A DNA stretch of 64,000 nucleotides from NCBI RefSeq assembly GCF_963921235.1, contig NC_086097.1:80664001-80728000 (forward strand), written 5' to 3'. The stretch is from Mobula hypostoma. Taxonomy: Eukaryota. The position numbers were made by a program, and so were the translations under genes. The notes below the pieces were generated by a model that made no database searches, had not been told where the DNA came from, and was given only the letters and a program-made list of their open reading frames with translations. Below, in pieces: positions 1 to 12,473 of this stretch. The first letter of the stretch is position 1. Every line of letters begins with the position of its first letter.

Positions 1-399
1 TCCTTTGGGGAAAGGAATATGCCAACTTCAACTAGTTTGGTCAATGGGTGGCTCATAACTGCTTCGGAATTTATTCAACAAGGTTTTCTGCAGAAAGAAA
101 GCTGGCTTACCCGAGGTTACCCAGTCCTGTGTATGAATAACTGAAGTATCTCTGCTTTTCACCTTCAGTCTGCTGCTCTCCCTCTACCTCTGCTCCATGC
201 GATCCTGTTCTCCCTTTTGATTTCCCTCTCTTCCTTTTGGTATATTCTAATTTTCCTTCCCTATAAGATTCTGTGTCTGGCTTTTATTTTTGTCTCAGAG
301 TTCTATTGTTGCTAAGAATTTGGCTGATCTTCTACTTGGTCCAGACCTGAATAACTACACCATCTGAGTTTCTGAAATCTATCACAGCCATGTGTTGTT

Positions 400-870
400 G
401 GGCTTTGCAGCCAGATTGTTGAGAACACAGCCCTACCTATCATGAAAACCAGCCTCACCTCCATTGACTCTATTTGTACTTCCTGCTGCCTCAGGAAAGC
501 AGCCAAGAGAATCAAGGGACCATCCTAGCCCATTCTGTTGTCCTCCCCTCCCATTGGGCAAAAGAGGCAAAACTTGAGAACACATATCACCAGACTCAAG
601 GACAACTTCTAACCTGCTGTTATAAAACTCTTGAATGGATTTCTTATGGTATAAAGATGAACTTTTGATCTTTCAGTCTGCCTTGTCTTGGCTGCTGAAC
701 TTTGTCTATCCGCGCCGCACTTTCTTTGTAACAGCAGCATGATATTCTGCATTCCATCCTTCTTTTCTTTTGTATTACTTTGATATATTGATGTGTGGAA
801 TAACCTGCCTGGATGGCACGCAGACAAAAGTTTTTCATTGTATCCTGGTTTAGCTGACAATAATAAACCA
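400..870 (+). mobile_element. Rex1/Babar-like LINE, decayed 3' fragment
   Basis: Decayed RT C-terminus (AA.IIKD..HP...F..LP.G.R-type segment) and a 3' UTR ending gacaataataaacc; homologous to the better copy at 34225-35665. Confidence 0.6.
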
Positions 871-875
871 AGCCC

Positions 876-1972
876 AAACAAGAGAAAATATGCAGTTGCT
901 GGAAATCCGAGCAATACACACAAAATGCTGGAGGAATTCAGCAGGCCAGGCAGCATTTATGGAAAAAAGCACAGTCGATTCTTCAGACTGAGACCCTTCA
1001 GCAGGACTGGGGAGAATAAAGATGAGGAGTCAGAAGGAAAGTGGGGGGGAGGGAAAGAAGAACCACAAGGTGATAGGTGAACCCTGGAGGGGTGAAGTAA
1101 AGAGCTGGAAAGTTGTTTTTGTGAAAAAGATACAGGGCTGGAGAAGGACGAGTCTGATAGAGGACAGAAGGCCATGGAAAAAAAGAAAAGGGGGAGGAAC
1201 ACCAAAGGGAGGTGGTAGGCAGACAAGGACATAAGGTGAGAGAAGGAAATGGGAATGGCAATGATGAAGGGGGGGGCATTATCAGAAGTTTGAGAAATTG
1301 ATGTTCATGCCATCAGGTTGGAGGCTACACAGATGGAATACAAAGTGTGGCTCCTCCGGCCTGATTGTGGCCTCATCGCAACAGTAGAAGAGGCCGTGGA
1401 TGGATATGTTGGAATGGGAATGGGAAGTGGAATTAAAATGGGTGGCCATTGGGAGATCCCTCTTTTCAGATGGACAGATAGAGAGTAGATGCCCGGCAAA
1501 GTGGTATCCCAATCTGCGTTGGGTCTCATCGATATACAGGAGGCCACACCAGGAGCACTGGATACAGTATATGACTCCAACAGACCTCACTTGGAAGGAC
1601 TGTTTGCGGCCCTGAATGGTAGTGAGGGAGGAAGTGTAGGGGCAGGTGTAGCACTTGTTTCACTTGCAAGGATAAGTGCCAGGAGGGAGATCAGAAGAGA
1701 AGGATAAATAGACAAGCGAGTTGTGTAGGGAGCAATCCCTGCAGAAGGCAGCAAGTGGGGCAGTGGGGGGAGAGAAAGATGTGCTTGGTGGTGGAATCCT
1801 GCTGGAGATGGCAGAAATTATGGAGAATTATGTGCTGGATATGGAGGCTGGTGGGGTGGTACATGAGGACAAGAGGAACTCTCTATCCCTGGTGGGATGG
1901 CAGGAGGATGGGGTGAGTGCAGGTGTGCGCAAGATAGAAGAGATGCGGTTGAAGGCAGCTTTGATGGTGCAA
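876..1972 (-). mobile_element. Penelope-like element, 5'-truncated (GIY-YIG C-terminus plus pLTR)
   Basis: ORF 1282-1590 GVIYCIQCSWCGLLYIDETQRRLG..F..H is homologous to 17247-17741; pyrimidine-rich 3' UTR and pLTR at 876-1010. Confidence 0.9.
972..1009 (-). ncRNA. Degenerate hammerhead ribozyme motif in Penelope pLTR
   Basis: Reverse complement cagtc CTGCTGA agggtctcagtct GAAG aa TC gactg: stem I intact, core mutated. Confidence 0.6.
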
Positions 1973-2568
1973 TGAACCATCTGCAGAAATGTTGAGTGCA
2001 AGTGAGAAGTCACGGGTAAGTAGCATCATGACATACAACAGAGGCACCATTTCTACTTCCGATTAACACAAGGTAAAAGAGTGCAGACAAAGAATCAGAG
2101 GCCTACAGAAGCATTAAATATTCTTGGAAGTTTAGGCAAAATGCAAAGCCAGAGGTTTGTTCAGCCAGCTAACGAAGGTTGTTTAGAGGGTGTCAACCTG
2201 AAACATTGACTATCCCTTTGCCTCTACAGATGCTGCTTGACCCATAGAATTCTCCTACAAATTTATTATTTTGCTAAAATTGCTTACAAGCTGTTTTCTG
2301 GACTGTCTTGTTCTGACTCCGCTACATGTCAGGATTATATTGAGTGATTCGTACTGCTGCACAGGAGGAACTAACTGAGACTGGGTCTGTACCTAACCAC
2401 GAGCTGATCTGCAGAAGATATTTGGACATTCATTACATATGTTGCTGATGTATCCAGGTGGATCATTGCTGACAGTAAATTTTGGCTCACTGCATTGTTC
2501 TGTATGGGAACAGGAATAAACTGCAGCTTCCCTTCAGAGCCTGAATGAGGAATTTATGGTAATCTGCA

Positions 2569-3185
2569 TGTAAGGGATTTCTTCTCTTATGCTACTGTAT
2601 ATGCTAATCAAAATGGCTTCTTTGTTATGTTATAATTAAACTGGTTTCTCTGTGATGTTAACTGCTGAGACAGTGATTCTTTTTCTAGCAGCTAGTAGCT
2701 TGTTTGGGTTATCAATAAAGATAAGGAGAGAATGAACCAATGGGTGTCCATGTTAGTCTTTTTCGGGGTGACATTCTGTCTCATCTGGCTGGGAACCGAT
2801 GTGTTTGTGGGGCTTTTCTAGAGAGACCGGGAGAAGATGGACATGCTGGAAGCGCTCTGGCTGATCCACCTTGGGTGGTCCCGAGCTGCGAGTCGAGGGG
2901 GTCAGAGTGGATCGCGGGGTCAAGAGAGAAGACGCCGGGTATTTGAGCTCCAACTGTGTGCACGAAGAAATTGAACTTTGATAAGTCTGGCGCCTTTTTC
3001 TGTTCCTTTTATATTGTATCTCTATTAATGTCATCGTCCCAGTAAGATTTATGAAGTGTAATCTGTAAAGTGTACATTGTGTGCCGTCTGATATTTGATG
3101 TTTGAGGTCGTACCAGGTGGCATTGCACAGCAACCGACGCAACCAGGAGACATGGTTGGGTGGCGGACTGGGTTTCCCCTAGGTA
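2569..3185 (+). mobile_element. LTR-like sequence, right end not resolved
   Basis: Starts TGTAAGGG; non-coding; shares TTTGAGCTCCAAC..TGTGCAC with the reverse complement of the LTR at 18340-18982. Confidence 0.5.
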
Positions 3186-4040
3186 AACCCCAGCGCATCA
3201 AGTCCATGATCCAGGCTGGGTACAACGTCCTGCCTGGTCCAGCCAACCTTTTTGCTTGGAGCAAAAATGAGGCACTATAATGTCCTCTCACCCCTGGCAG
3301 AGGGACCCTGGTACATCTCCTCAGGAGCTGTACAAAAGCCATGGGAGAAGGCTGCTACCACTAGCACCATGACCAGGAGCTGAAGGCAATGGCAGAAAAT
3401 AACTCCTCAGCAGATTAACAACAGTAAGCATCTCCACCAACCGCGAAAGCCATTGCCTTTGAAAAAGTTGGAAACTAACCTCAGCCCAGATCACTGGCAG
3501 GCTTGCTCGCCATAGTGTCTGTCTGGCAACTGAAAGTTGATCTTGGTAAGCAATTAAAGTTACCTAACTTCATCGTATTGTCATCCCTAAGGCCTGAAAT
3601 GGTCATTCTGTCAGAAGCTTCGAAACCTTGGTCATGGTAGGACTGACTGCCTTGGCAAGACTTGATTGAGGAGGCACTTGAGTGCAAGAAAGCCAAGTAC
3701 TAGGAGCTGATAAAGCGGTGCCTGCGACAGGGGTGGAGGGCACATTGTGAGCCGGTGGAGGTGGGCTTTAGAGGTTTTGCTGACTGCTTGCTCTGCAGAA
3801 CCTACTCTCTCCTTAGCATTATGGGGGCAACAAATTGAAGAGCCATAGAGGGTGCTGAGTGAATCTCCAGATGGCTATGGATCAAGAGGTGTGGCGCATT
3901 GACCAGCTGGCTCACGAGCAGGGGCTTGATCAACCCTGGCTGAGTCACCTGAGCGAGGGTGTCTGATGTTGAAAGACCCAAAACACCCAATGACTTCAGG
4001 TTACATCAGTCATGACGTGGTCCAGTGCATCGTAGGATGT
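3186..4040 (+). mobile_element. HERO/NeSL-like (R2 superfamily) non-LTR retrotransposon, 3' fragment with restriction-like endonuclease
   Basis: Broken frames read PQRIKSMIQAGYNVLPGPANLFAW, decayed CCHC ..RGTLVHLLRSC..., HHDQELK, WQLKVDLGKQLKLP..LRPEMVILS, RKAKYQEL, EPVEVGFRGF; structured 3' UTR. Confidence 0.8.
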
Positions 4041-5214
4041 ATCTCAGCATTGCTAAGATATGTAGGTGAGGAGAACATTAGCAGGGGGAGCTCCATGTAA
4101 TATTGTTTACAGATGAAGAAAAATAGATGGCACATTCTTCAAGAAAATGTGTTGACATAATTACTAGTAAAATGGAAAGGGACCCAAGAGTCTCTGTAAA
4201 CTGCATATTAAATCCACTCAGCTTTAAATATCAAAACAAATTGAATATACATTTTGTGAGGAAGAGAGTTGAGTCTTCCAGAGGAAATTGAGCTAAGAGA
4301 GCAGTGTGATAAAGTCAGAGGCACACCTTGGATGTCATTTCCAGTTCTCGTCTGCAAGACCATGTACAGAGGGCCCAACACCAAAGACAGATAAGAGAAG
4401 AGTCCACTGCAAGGAAGGCTTCCTTAACATTATGATATATATTCAGGGAAAAAAATGATATTTGAGAAATAGTCTCACTGAGGCAGATGGATGATAATGT
4501 GAGAAAGATTAATTTGATACATTACTTCAAAGAGGTGGACTGGGGTTTATATGTTTAAACAAGTATAAAGCAAATTTTGGGCACATTCTTCATTACATAT
4601 CTAGAATTCAGCATAGATAGAAAAGATACTTTGGAATCATTGAGGGAAAAGGTGGATTGCACAATGACAGACATTGGGATCTATCAAAACAGATGGATTA
4701 AGTTGGGCCGCATGGTCTTTTTCATCCACGGTTACCATCTGTTACTAATCTGCATTAATGGCAGTGACATATAAATTAACAAATGCAGTTCTTGGTATCA
4801 GTAATGTTGCATATCAAGTAGCCATACATCTGGTGTTGTGAGAAATGCTTACTTTGTGGCCCATTGCCAGTCATTTAATGAGAGAGTACTGCTGAAGACA
4901 AGTGAAATGAACTTCATTTGCCATATCCTTCCACTTAGTAGAAGATTGTTGAAAGCTGCAAGTATAGAAAATTATTTTTCCCAAGTTAACACATGATGCA
5001 TAATACTTGTATACAAACAAAAAGAACAAGTGAAGAGAAGGATAATTGCTCGGGTGAGCCTCTATATCATATTCACAGATCTGACTATCCTGTATGTCAA
5101 CTTCATTCCAAAATTTGGGGTTTGAATAAATTTAGTAGATTGCTGGATGGTTTACAACCAACCTTTAAGTTGGTTATTCAGTCTACTTTGAAAGGCAGCC
5201 AACATAATCAAAGG

Positions 5215-5530
5215 CCCTTCCCACTCAGCAGACAATATGAAAAGCTGAATCACGAGTCACTAGGCTTAAGACCAGCTTCTATCTAGCTGTCATAAAACTC
5301 TTGAATGGACCTCTTATATGAAAAAGATAAACTCTTGATCTCTCAATCATGGCCTTTGCACCATATCTGGCAACCTACATCGCATTTTTGCTGCAACTGG
5401 AACATTGCAATCTGCATTCTATTATAGTTTTACTTTTGTACCACCTCGATGTACTTGTGCATGGAATAATCTGTCTAAATGGCTTGCAAGCAAAGTTTTT
5501 CATCCTACCTCTAGTGAAAACTAGAAACCA
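5215..5530 (+). mobile_element. Rex1/Babar-like LINE 3' UTR remnant
   Basis: Similar to 590-870 (ataaaactcttgaatgga, ctgcattc, aataatctg..tggc..gca..caaagtttttc). Confidence 0.55.
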
Positions 5531-5696
5531 ACTCTGTATTTTCTTTTTGCTTTGTAATTTTTTTAGGCAGGTTATTTCTCATGTTCAGTGAAGTAAATAG
5601 CATGACATTTCCTAGGTCAGATATAAAGTCAGGATGATTATCCTTCCACTTTCCATCTCACAGCTTTTTTTGCAGTATCTTATCTTCTGGGGTTTG

Positions 5697-6568
5697 TAGA
5701 AACATAGAAAATCTACAGCACAATATAGGCCCTTCAGCCCACAAAGTTGTGCCGAAAATGTCCCTACCTTAGAAATTATTAGGGTTACCCATAGCCCCCT
5801 ATTTTTCTAAGCTCCATGTACCTATCCAAGAGTCTCTTAAAAGACCCTATTGTATCCACCTCCACCACTGTTGCTGGCAGCCCATTCCACGCATTCACCA
5901 CTCTCTGAGTAAAAAGCTTACCCCTGACATCTCCTCTGTACCTACTCCCCAGCACCTTAAACCTGTGTCCTCTTGTGGCAAGGTTTTCAGCCCTGGGAGA
6001 AAGCCTCTGAATAAACACACGATCAATGCCTCTCATCATCTTATACACCTCTATCAGGTCATTTCTCATCCTCCGTCGCTCCAAAGAGAAAAGGCCGAGT
6101 TCACTCAACCTACTCTCATATGGCATGCTCCCCAATCCAGGCAACATCCTTGTAAATCTCCTCTGCACCCTTTCTATGGTTTCCACATCCTTCCTGTAGT
6201 GAGGTGACCAGAACTGAGCACAGTACTCCAAGTGGGGTCTGACCAGGGTCCTATATAGCTGCAACATTACCTCTCAACTCCTAAATTCAATTCCACGATT
6301 GATGAAGGCCAATACACCATACGCCTTCTTAACCACAGAGTCAACCTGCGCAGCTGCTTTGAATGTCCTATGGACTCTGACCCCAAGATCCCTCTGATCC
6401 TCCACACTGCCAGGAGTCTTACCATTAATACTATATTCTGCCATCGTATTTGACCTACCAAAATGAACCACTTCACACTTATCTGGGTTGAACTCCATCT
6501 GCCACTTCTCAGCCCAGTTTTGCATCCTATCAATGTCCCATTGTAACCTCTGACAGCCCTCCACACTA
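5697..6568 (-). mobile_element. CR1 LINE 3' part (host of the nested CR1)
   Basis: ORFs with WAEKWQMEFNPDKC and LVRPHLEYCAQFWSP...FTQRVVNAWNGLP; (TTTCTATG) tail at the left end. Confidence 0.95.
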
Positions 6569-8362
6569 CAGACAGAAACAGGTGAATTGATTATGGGGAG
6601 CAAGGACATGGCAGACCAATTGAATAATTACTTTGGTTCTGTCTTCACTAAGGAGGACATAAATAATCTTCCGGAAATAGTAGGGGACAGAGGGTCCAGT
6701 GAGATGGAGGAACTGAGGGAAATACATGTTAGTAGGGAAGTGGTGTTGGTTAAATTGAAGGGATTAAAGGCGGATAAATCCCCAGGGCCAGATGGTCTGC
6801 ATCCCAGAGTGCTTAAGGAAGTAGCCCAAGAAATAGTGGATGCATTAGTGATAATTTTTCAAAACTCTTTAGATTCTGGACTAGTTCCTGAGGATTGGAG
6901 GGTGGCTAATGAAACCCCACTTTTTAAAAAAGGAGGGAGAGAGAAACCAAGGAATTATAGACTGGTTAGCCTAACGTCGGTGGTGGGGAAACTGCTAGAG
7001 TCAGTTATCAAAGATGTGATAACAGCACATTTGGAAAGCGATGATATCATCGGACAAAGTCAGCATGGATTTGTGAAAGGAAAATCATATCTGATGAATC
7101 TCATAGAATTTTTTGAGGATGTAACTAGTAGAGTGGATAGGGGAGAACCAGTGGATGTGGTATATTTGGATTTTCAAAAGGCTTTTGACAAGGTCCCACA
7201 CAGGAGATTAGTGTGCAAACTTAAAGCACACGGTATTGGGGGTATGGTATTGGTGTGGATAGAGAGTTGGTTGGCAGACAAGAAGCAAAGAGTGGGAATA
7301 AACAGGACCTTTTCAGAATGGTAGGCAGTGACTAGTGGGGTACTGCAAGGCTCAGTGCTGGGACCCCAGTTGTTTACAATATATATTAATGACTTGGATG
7401 AGGGAATTAAATGCAGCATCTCCAAGTTTGCAGATGACACGAAGTTGGGCAGCAGTGTTAGCTGTGAGGAGGATGCTAAGAGGATGCAGGGTGACTTGGA
7501 TAGGTTAAGTGAGTGGGCAAATTCATGGCAGATGCAACTTAATGTGGATAAATGTGAGGTTATCCACTTTGGTGGCAAAAACAGGAAAACAGATTATTAT
7601 CTGAATGGTGGCTGATTAGGAAAAGGGGAGGTGCAACGAGACCTGAGTGTCATTATACACCAGTCATTGAAAGTGGGCATGCAGGTACAGCAGGCGGTGA
7701 AAAAGGCGAACGGTATGCTGGCATTTATAGCGAGAGGATTCGAGTACAGGAGCAGGGAGGTACTACTGCAGTTGTACAAGGCCTTGGTGAGACCACACCT
7801 GGAGTATTGTGTGTAGTTTTGGTCCCCTAATCTGAGGAAAGTCATCCTTGCCATAGAGGGAGTACAAAGAAGGTTCACCAGATTGATTCCTGGGATGGCA
7901 GGACTTTCATATGATGAAAGACCAGATGAACTCGGCTTATACTTGTTGGAATTTAGAAGATTGAGGGGGGATCTGATTGAAACGTATAAAGTCCTAAAGG
8001 GATTGGACAGACTAGATGCAGGAAGATTGTTCCCGATGTTGGGGAATTCCAGAACGAGGAGTCACAGTTTGAGGATAAAGGGGAAGCCTTTTAGGACCGA
8101 GATTAGGAAAAACTTCTTCACACAGAGAGTGGTGAATTTGTGGAATTCTCTGCCACAGGAAACAGTTGAGGCCAGTTCATTGGCTATATTTAAGAGGGAG
8201 TTAGATATGGCCCTTGTGGCTAAAGGGATCGGGGGTATGGAGGGAAGGCTGGTGCAGGGTTCTGAGTTGGATGATCAGCCATGATCATACTGAATGGCGG
8301 TGTAGGTTCGAAGGGCCGAATGGCCTACTCCTGCACCTATTTTCTATGTTTCTATGTTTCTA
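6569..8362 (+). mobile_element. CR1 LINE, 5'-truncated, RT with stop codons, inserted antisense into another CR1
   Basis: KSPGPDG, YLDFQKAFDKVPH, QGSVLGP, KFADD; (TTTCTATG)n tail; host sequence ccacacta|tccacagc rejoins across it. Confidence 0.95.
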
Positions 8363-8478
8363 TCCACAGCACCTCCAACCTTTGTGTCATCAGCAAACTT
8401 AGTAACTCATCCCTGCACTTCCTTATCCAGGTCATTTATAAAAATCACGGAGAGTAAGGGTCCCAGAAGAGATCCCAG
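8361..8478 (-). mobile_element. Continuation of the host CR1 (FADDTK region)
   Basis: tccacagcacctccaacctttgtgtcatcagcaaac matches the uninterrupted CR1 at 32221-32300. Confidence 0.9.
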
Positions 8479-9114
8479 AACTTTGGCTTAACCCATTGAG
8501 TAGATACTTGTGCATGTCAAATGAAGAGATCAAAAGTTCTACAATTAAATTTTGAGTAACATTTTTTACTTAGTAATTCAAAATTACAAAATGCAAAGTT
8601 ATAGAAATGATGTTTGTCAAGAAGGATAATTGTGTGCAGTACTAACAGGATATTTTAAAAGTTTCTGCACTATCAATGCTGTTCTCAACATTGACCATAG
8701 ATGGTGCCTGACCTGCTAAGTTCCTCCGGCATTTCCTGTGTATTGCTTAATATCAAGGTGGTGTTTTTCCTACTGTTACCCTACAAATAATTTCCTGTGA
8801 GATTACACCCCTTATTATCTAACCATTTCCTTACAGAACAATTCTCAGTTTCCTCTTGTATGGATGCATCAAGTCCTAAGCGACGTGTGCATGCTTCTTT
8901 TATAACACAAACATAAATTCACAAAGTGTTGAGAGCCAGACAGAAAAATTAGGAATTGGGAATCCTGGTAGATACCTCTATCATCAACCTGATGCAAAGT
9001 CAAGCAACAAGGCACAAAATGCTTGTTACAGTTCTTTCTAGCCATATGTTCTACAAACATATCCAACATGCCGTACACTTTTGTTATATCAAAGGTACTG
9101 AAAATCAAAAATAA

Positions 9115-9295
9115 CCATTGCCTCCAAAAAGGAAGGAGGTACAGAAGGCTGAAGGCATACACTCAGTGATTCAGGAACAGCTTCCTCCCCTCTGCCATCC
9201 AAATTATGAATTGTCCCTGAACCCATGAATACTACCTCACTACTTTTTATTTTTATTTCCCATATTTTGCACTTCTTATTTATTTTATCCATTTA
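9115..9295 (+). mobile_element. Rex1/Babar 3' fragment
   Basis: aggaggtacagaaggctgaaggcatacactcagtgattcaggaacagcttc matches 35381-35430. Confidence 0.75.
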
Positions 9296-9296
9296 A

Positions 9297-9723
<427 letters not shown>

Positions 9724-9729
9724 GTTTAG

Positions 9730-10385
9730 AGGTACAACATTAGTCACTTGCCAGACCTCCAGAAACTTGCTTGTGGCTAGAAAGGAAATGAAGATACTGG
9801 TCAAGGCCATCTCTTCTCTTGCCCCCTTTGATAACCAGGGATAAATCCCACTGGGCCATCTGGCCCTGGGGACATCCAATTCCCAAATAACTCTTCTTAG
9901 CTCTTGTCCAATGCCCTCATATTTTGCCATATTCCAATTTAAAACTCTCCTGCAAGGACCATACTTATCCTTATCCATAGCTATCCTGAAAGTTAAGAAG
10001 TTGTGGTCACTGTTCTGTTCACCCACTGAAAGGTCAGTCACCTGGCTACGCTCATTACCCAACAGCAGGTTAGAGCCCCTCCTCTCAGTGGACCATCCAC
10101 ACACTGATTTAAGAAACCTTCTTGGATATATTTAACAAATTCCACCCCATCCAAACCCATTCCTCTAAGATGACCCCAGTTGATATTCGGGAATTTGGAT
10201 TCCCCCATGACAACAACCCTACTTTTTTTACACATTTCCTGAATCTGATTACATAGCTGTTCCTCAATGTCATGGTGGCTATTAGGGGGTCTGTAGTACA
10301 ATCTCATCGATGTGATTGCACCCTTCCTACTTCTGAGTTCCACCCAAATAAACTCAGTGTCTGATCCCTCCATTATGTCTGGCCT
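9730..10385 (-). mobile_element. Old CR1 fragment (APE endonuclease, internally deleted)
   Basis: WVELRSRKG...YYRPPNS...VVVMG..FPNINW; SDHN motif. Confidence 0.85.
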
Positions 10386-11324
10386 CTGGCTACTTAGAAA
10401 TTTTTGGCAAGTCTTAAAAACGGAATAGTTATTCTGGGGTGAAATACACTTACTTATGGTTAATAGATTACAATAACTAACAGGAGATTGCAATCACCTT
10501 AAATGATGCAGCAAACAATATGATATCTTTCCATTTCTCTCTAGCCCTCTTTGCTGTGAGCTGAACCCTATTCATATTTCATGATTATCTCGGGGGGTTT
10601 GGCAGGGGGAAGTGGTCGATCCAGTGATAGACAAGTGAAGTAGAATCCTGTGGCAGACCCAACCACTACTTTCTAACTACAGGACCTCCAATAACTAAGG
10701 TCTTACTTTTTAAGTAAAATTCCACTAATTGTGAACAACTTTATCTGCAATTTCCTCTTAGATCCAATACATCACCTCACGTGTCCCCTGCTCCGCTGGC
10801 TTGAGCAAACAGCACTTCAGCTTTCTTCCTTTCTCCTACCTAATACCTGGATCGACTATTATACACAATTATTATTGTTACAAAGTAAACCTTTGCTACC
10901 TCCAGCTTGTGGCTATTCAAAGTGGAAAAGAAGCATTTGGGATGGCCCTGAGAACTGTGAGTCCATGCATGGAGAGCAGACAGAGCTCCCTCTGTAAGCA
11001 GTAGAAATTTCACATCACCTCATAAACTATCCACTCTCTGTGGACGAGTCTCCATTTCCTTCATCAGCCATCACCAAATCTGTAAAACAAATGTGGAACC
11101 ATGGCATCCTTGACCAAATGCTCAAGAAAAAGAAAATTCCAGCTTACAGTGGAATTAATATTCATTGCACTATGTTTGGAAAATCAACAAACTTGCTTGT
11201 GGTGCATGGATTCAAGTGCTCTTATGACTTCCTGGTGACAGCACAACATCATGTGTACACTGTGACAAGCTGCATATTGTTAGTTCAGCAGTGAGAATAT
11301 CAGTTAACCTTGACTTGAACATAT

Positions 11325-12236
11325 CCCCTGTCCCTAATAAAGTGGCTACTGAGCAGTATGTTCATGGTCTTCTGCTGCTGTTAGCCCATTCATTTTAAGG
11401 TTCAACATGTTGTGCATTCACAAATGCTCTTCTGCACACCACTGATTTCGTCATCATCGTGGCTATCCCTCGAGATCGAGGATGATGGTCTTCATTCTGA
11501 AGTGGCCCACAGAGTGAAGACGCCTGTGCGTGTATTTGTTTAACGTGTACTTGATGTTGCACTCCAAGAAGCACACGATACTTCACAAATCAACCGACTG
11601 ATTCCAATGGCAAGGAAACCACGACGATTGGAGCTGATGGATTTGTTGCAGTCTTCATCGCCTTCACAGCCGTTGAGTGCGAAGTAACTTCCTCCGCCTG
11701 TTCCACCGTTGAGATCTTGGTTGGATTGTTCTTTGTCAGGGACCTCACCTTTGACCTTGCTCTCGGGATCACAGGACCACACAAGCCTCTCCACCGCGAC
11801 AAGGTGACAATCCACAGAGTAACGGGTGGCTGTTTGAATTACTGTCACTATCCCATCAGCTTGAACCACTCTGGTCATTCTCTACTGACATCTCTCACTA
11901 ACGAGGCATTTTCACCACAGAACTGCTGCTCACTAGACTTTTTTGTTTCTCGCATCATTCTCTAAACTCTGGAGTTGTTGTGCATGAAAATCCCAGGAGA
12001 TCAGCAGTTTCTGAGATACTCAAAGCATCCCATCGGGAACCAACAATCATTCCACGGTCAAAATCACTTAGATCACATTTCTTTCCCATTCTGATGCCTG
12101 GTCTGAATGATGGCTGAACCTCTTGACCATGTCTGCATGCTTTTGTGCATTGAGTTGCTGCCACATGATAGGCTGATTAGATATTTGCATTATTGAGCAG
12201 GTGTACAGGTGTACCTAATAAAGTAGCCACTGAGTC
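11325..12236 (-). mobile_element. Tc1-like non-autonomous DNA transposon remnant
   Basis: MGKKCDLSDFDRGMIVG..LSISETADLLGFS is a Tc1 transposase N-terminal HTH; terminal motif cctaataaagt(g/a)gc(c/t)actgag occurs twice. Confidence 0.8.
11445..11818 (-). mobile_element. Short non-autonomous RTE-derived bipartite element inserted in the Tc1 remnant
   Basis: 5' GTCACCTTGTCGCGGTGGAGAGGCTTGTGTG resembles RTE 5' UTRs; 3' atcctcgatctcgagggatagccacGATGATGACG resembles an RTE tail; the Tc1 sequence resumes on both sides. Confidence 0.65.
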
Positions 12237-12406
12237 TTTAGCTGCCTAGTTGGTATTTCTGATATTTTACTATCAACTCATTTGAAAGAAATATAGAATC
12301 TCTATAAATACTTCTCCAACCACAGGGTGTACAAAGTCCTTTAATGATAGAACAACTTAAGGACAGAAAACATGATTGCAGATCAGGTTTTTCATCTGTT
12401 CATGTA

Positions 12407-12473
12407 CAGTACTGTGCAAATGTCATAGGCACCTATATATTTCTAGGGTGCATGAGACTTTTGCCCAGTACTG
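12407..12473. mobile_element. 67-bp Tc1/mariner-type MITE
   Basis: TA-flanked; imperfect ~27-bp TIRs cagtactgtgcaaa...ttttgcccagtactg; partial relative at 17101-17152. Confidence 0.7.

Noticed and set aside
11700..11818. HDV-like ribozyme at the RTE-derived 5' end
   Set aside because: A 7-bp P1-like helix exists, but it is followed by AACC rather than the P1.1 GG, and I could not build P2/P3 or the catalytic C strand
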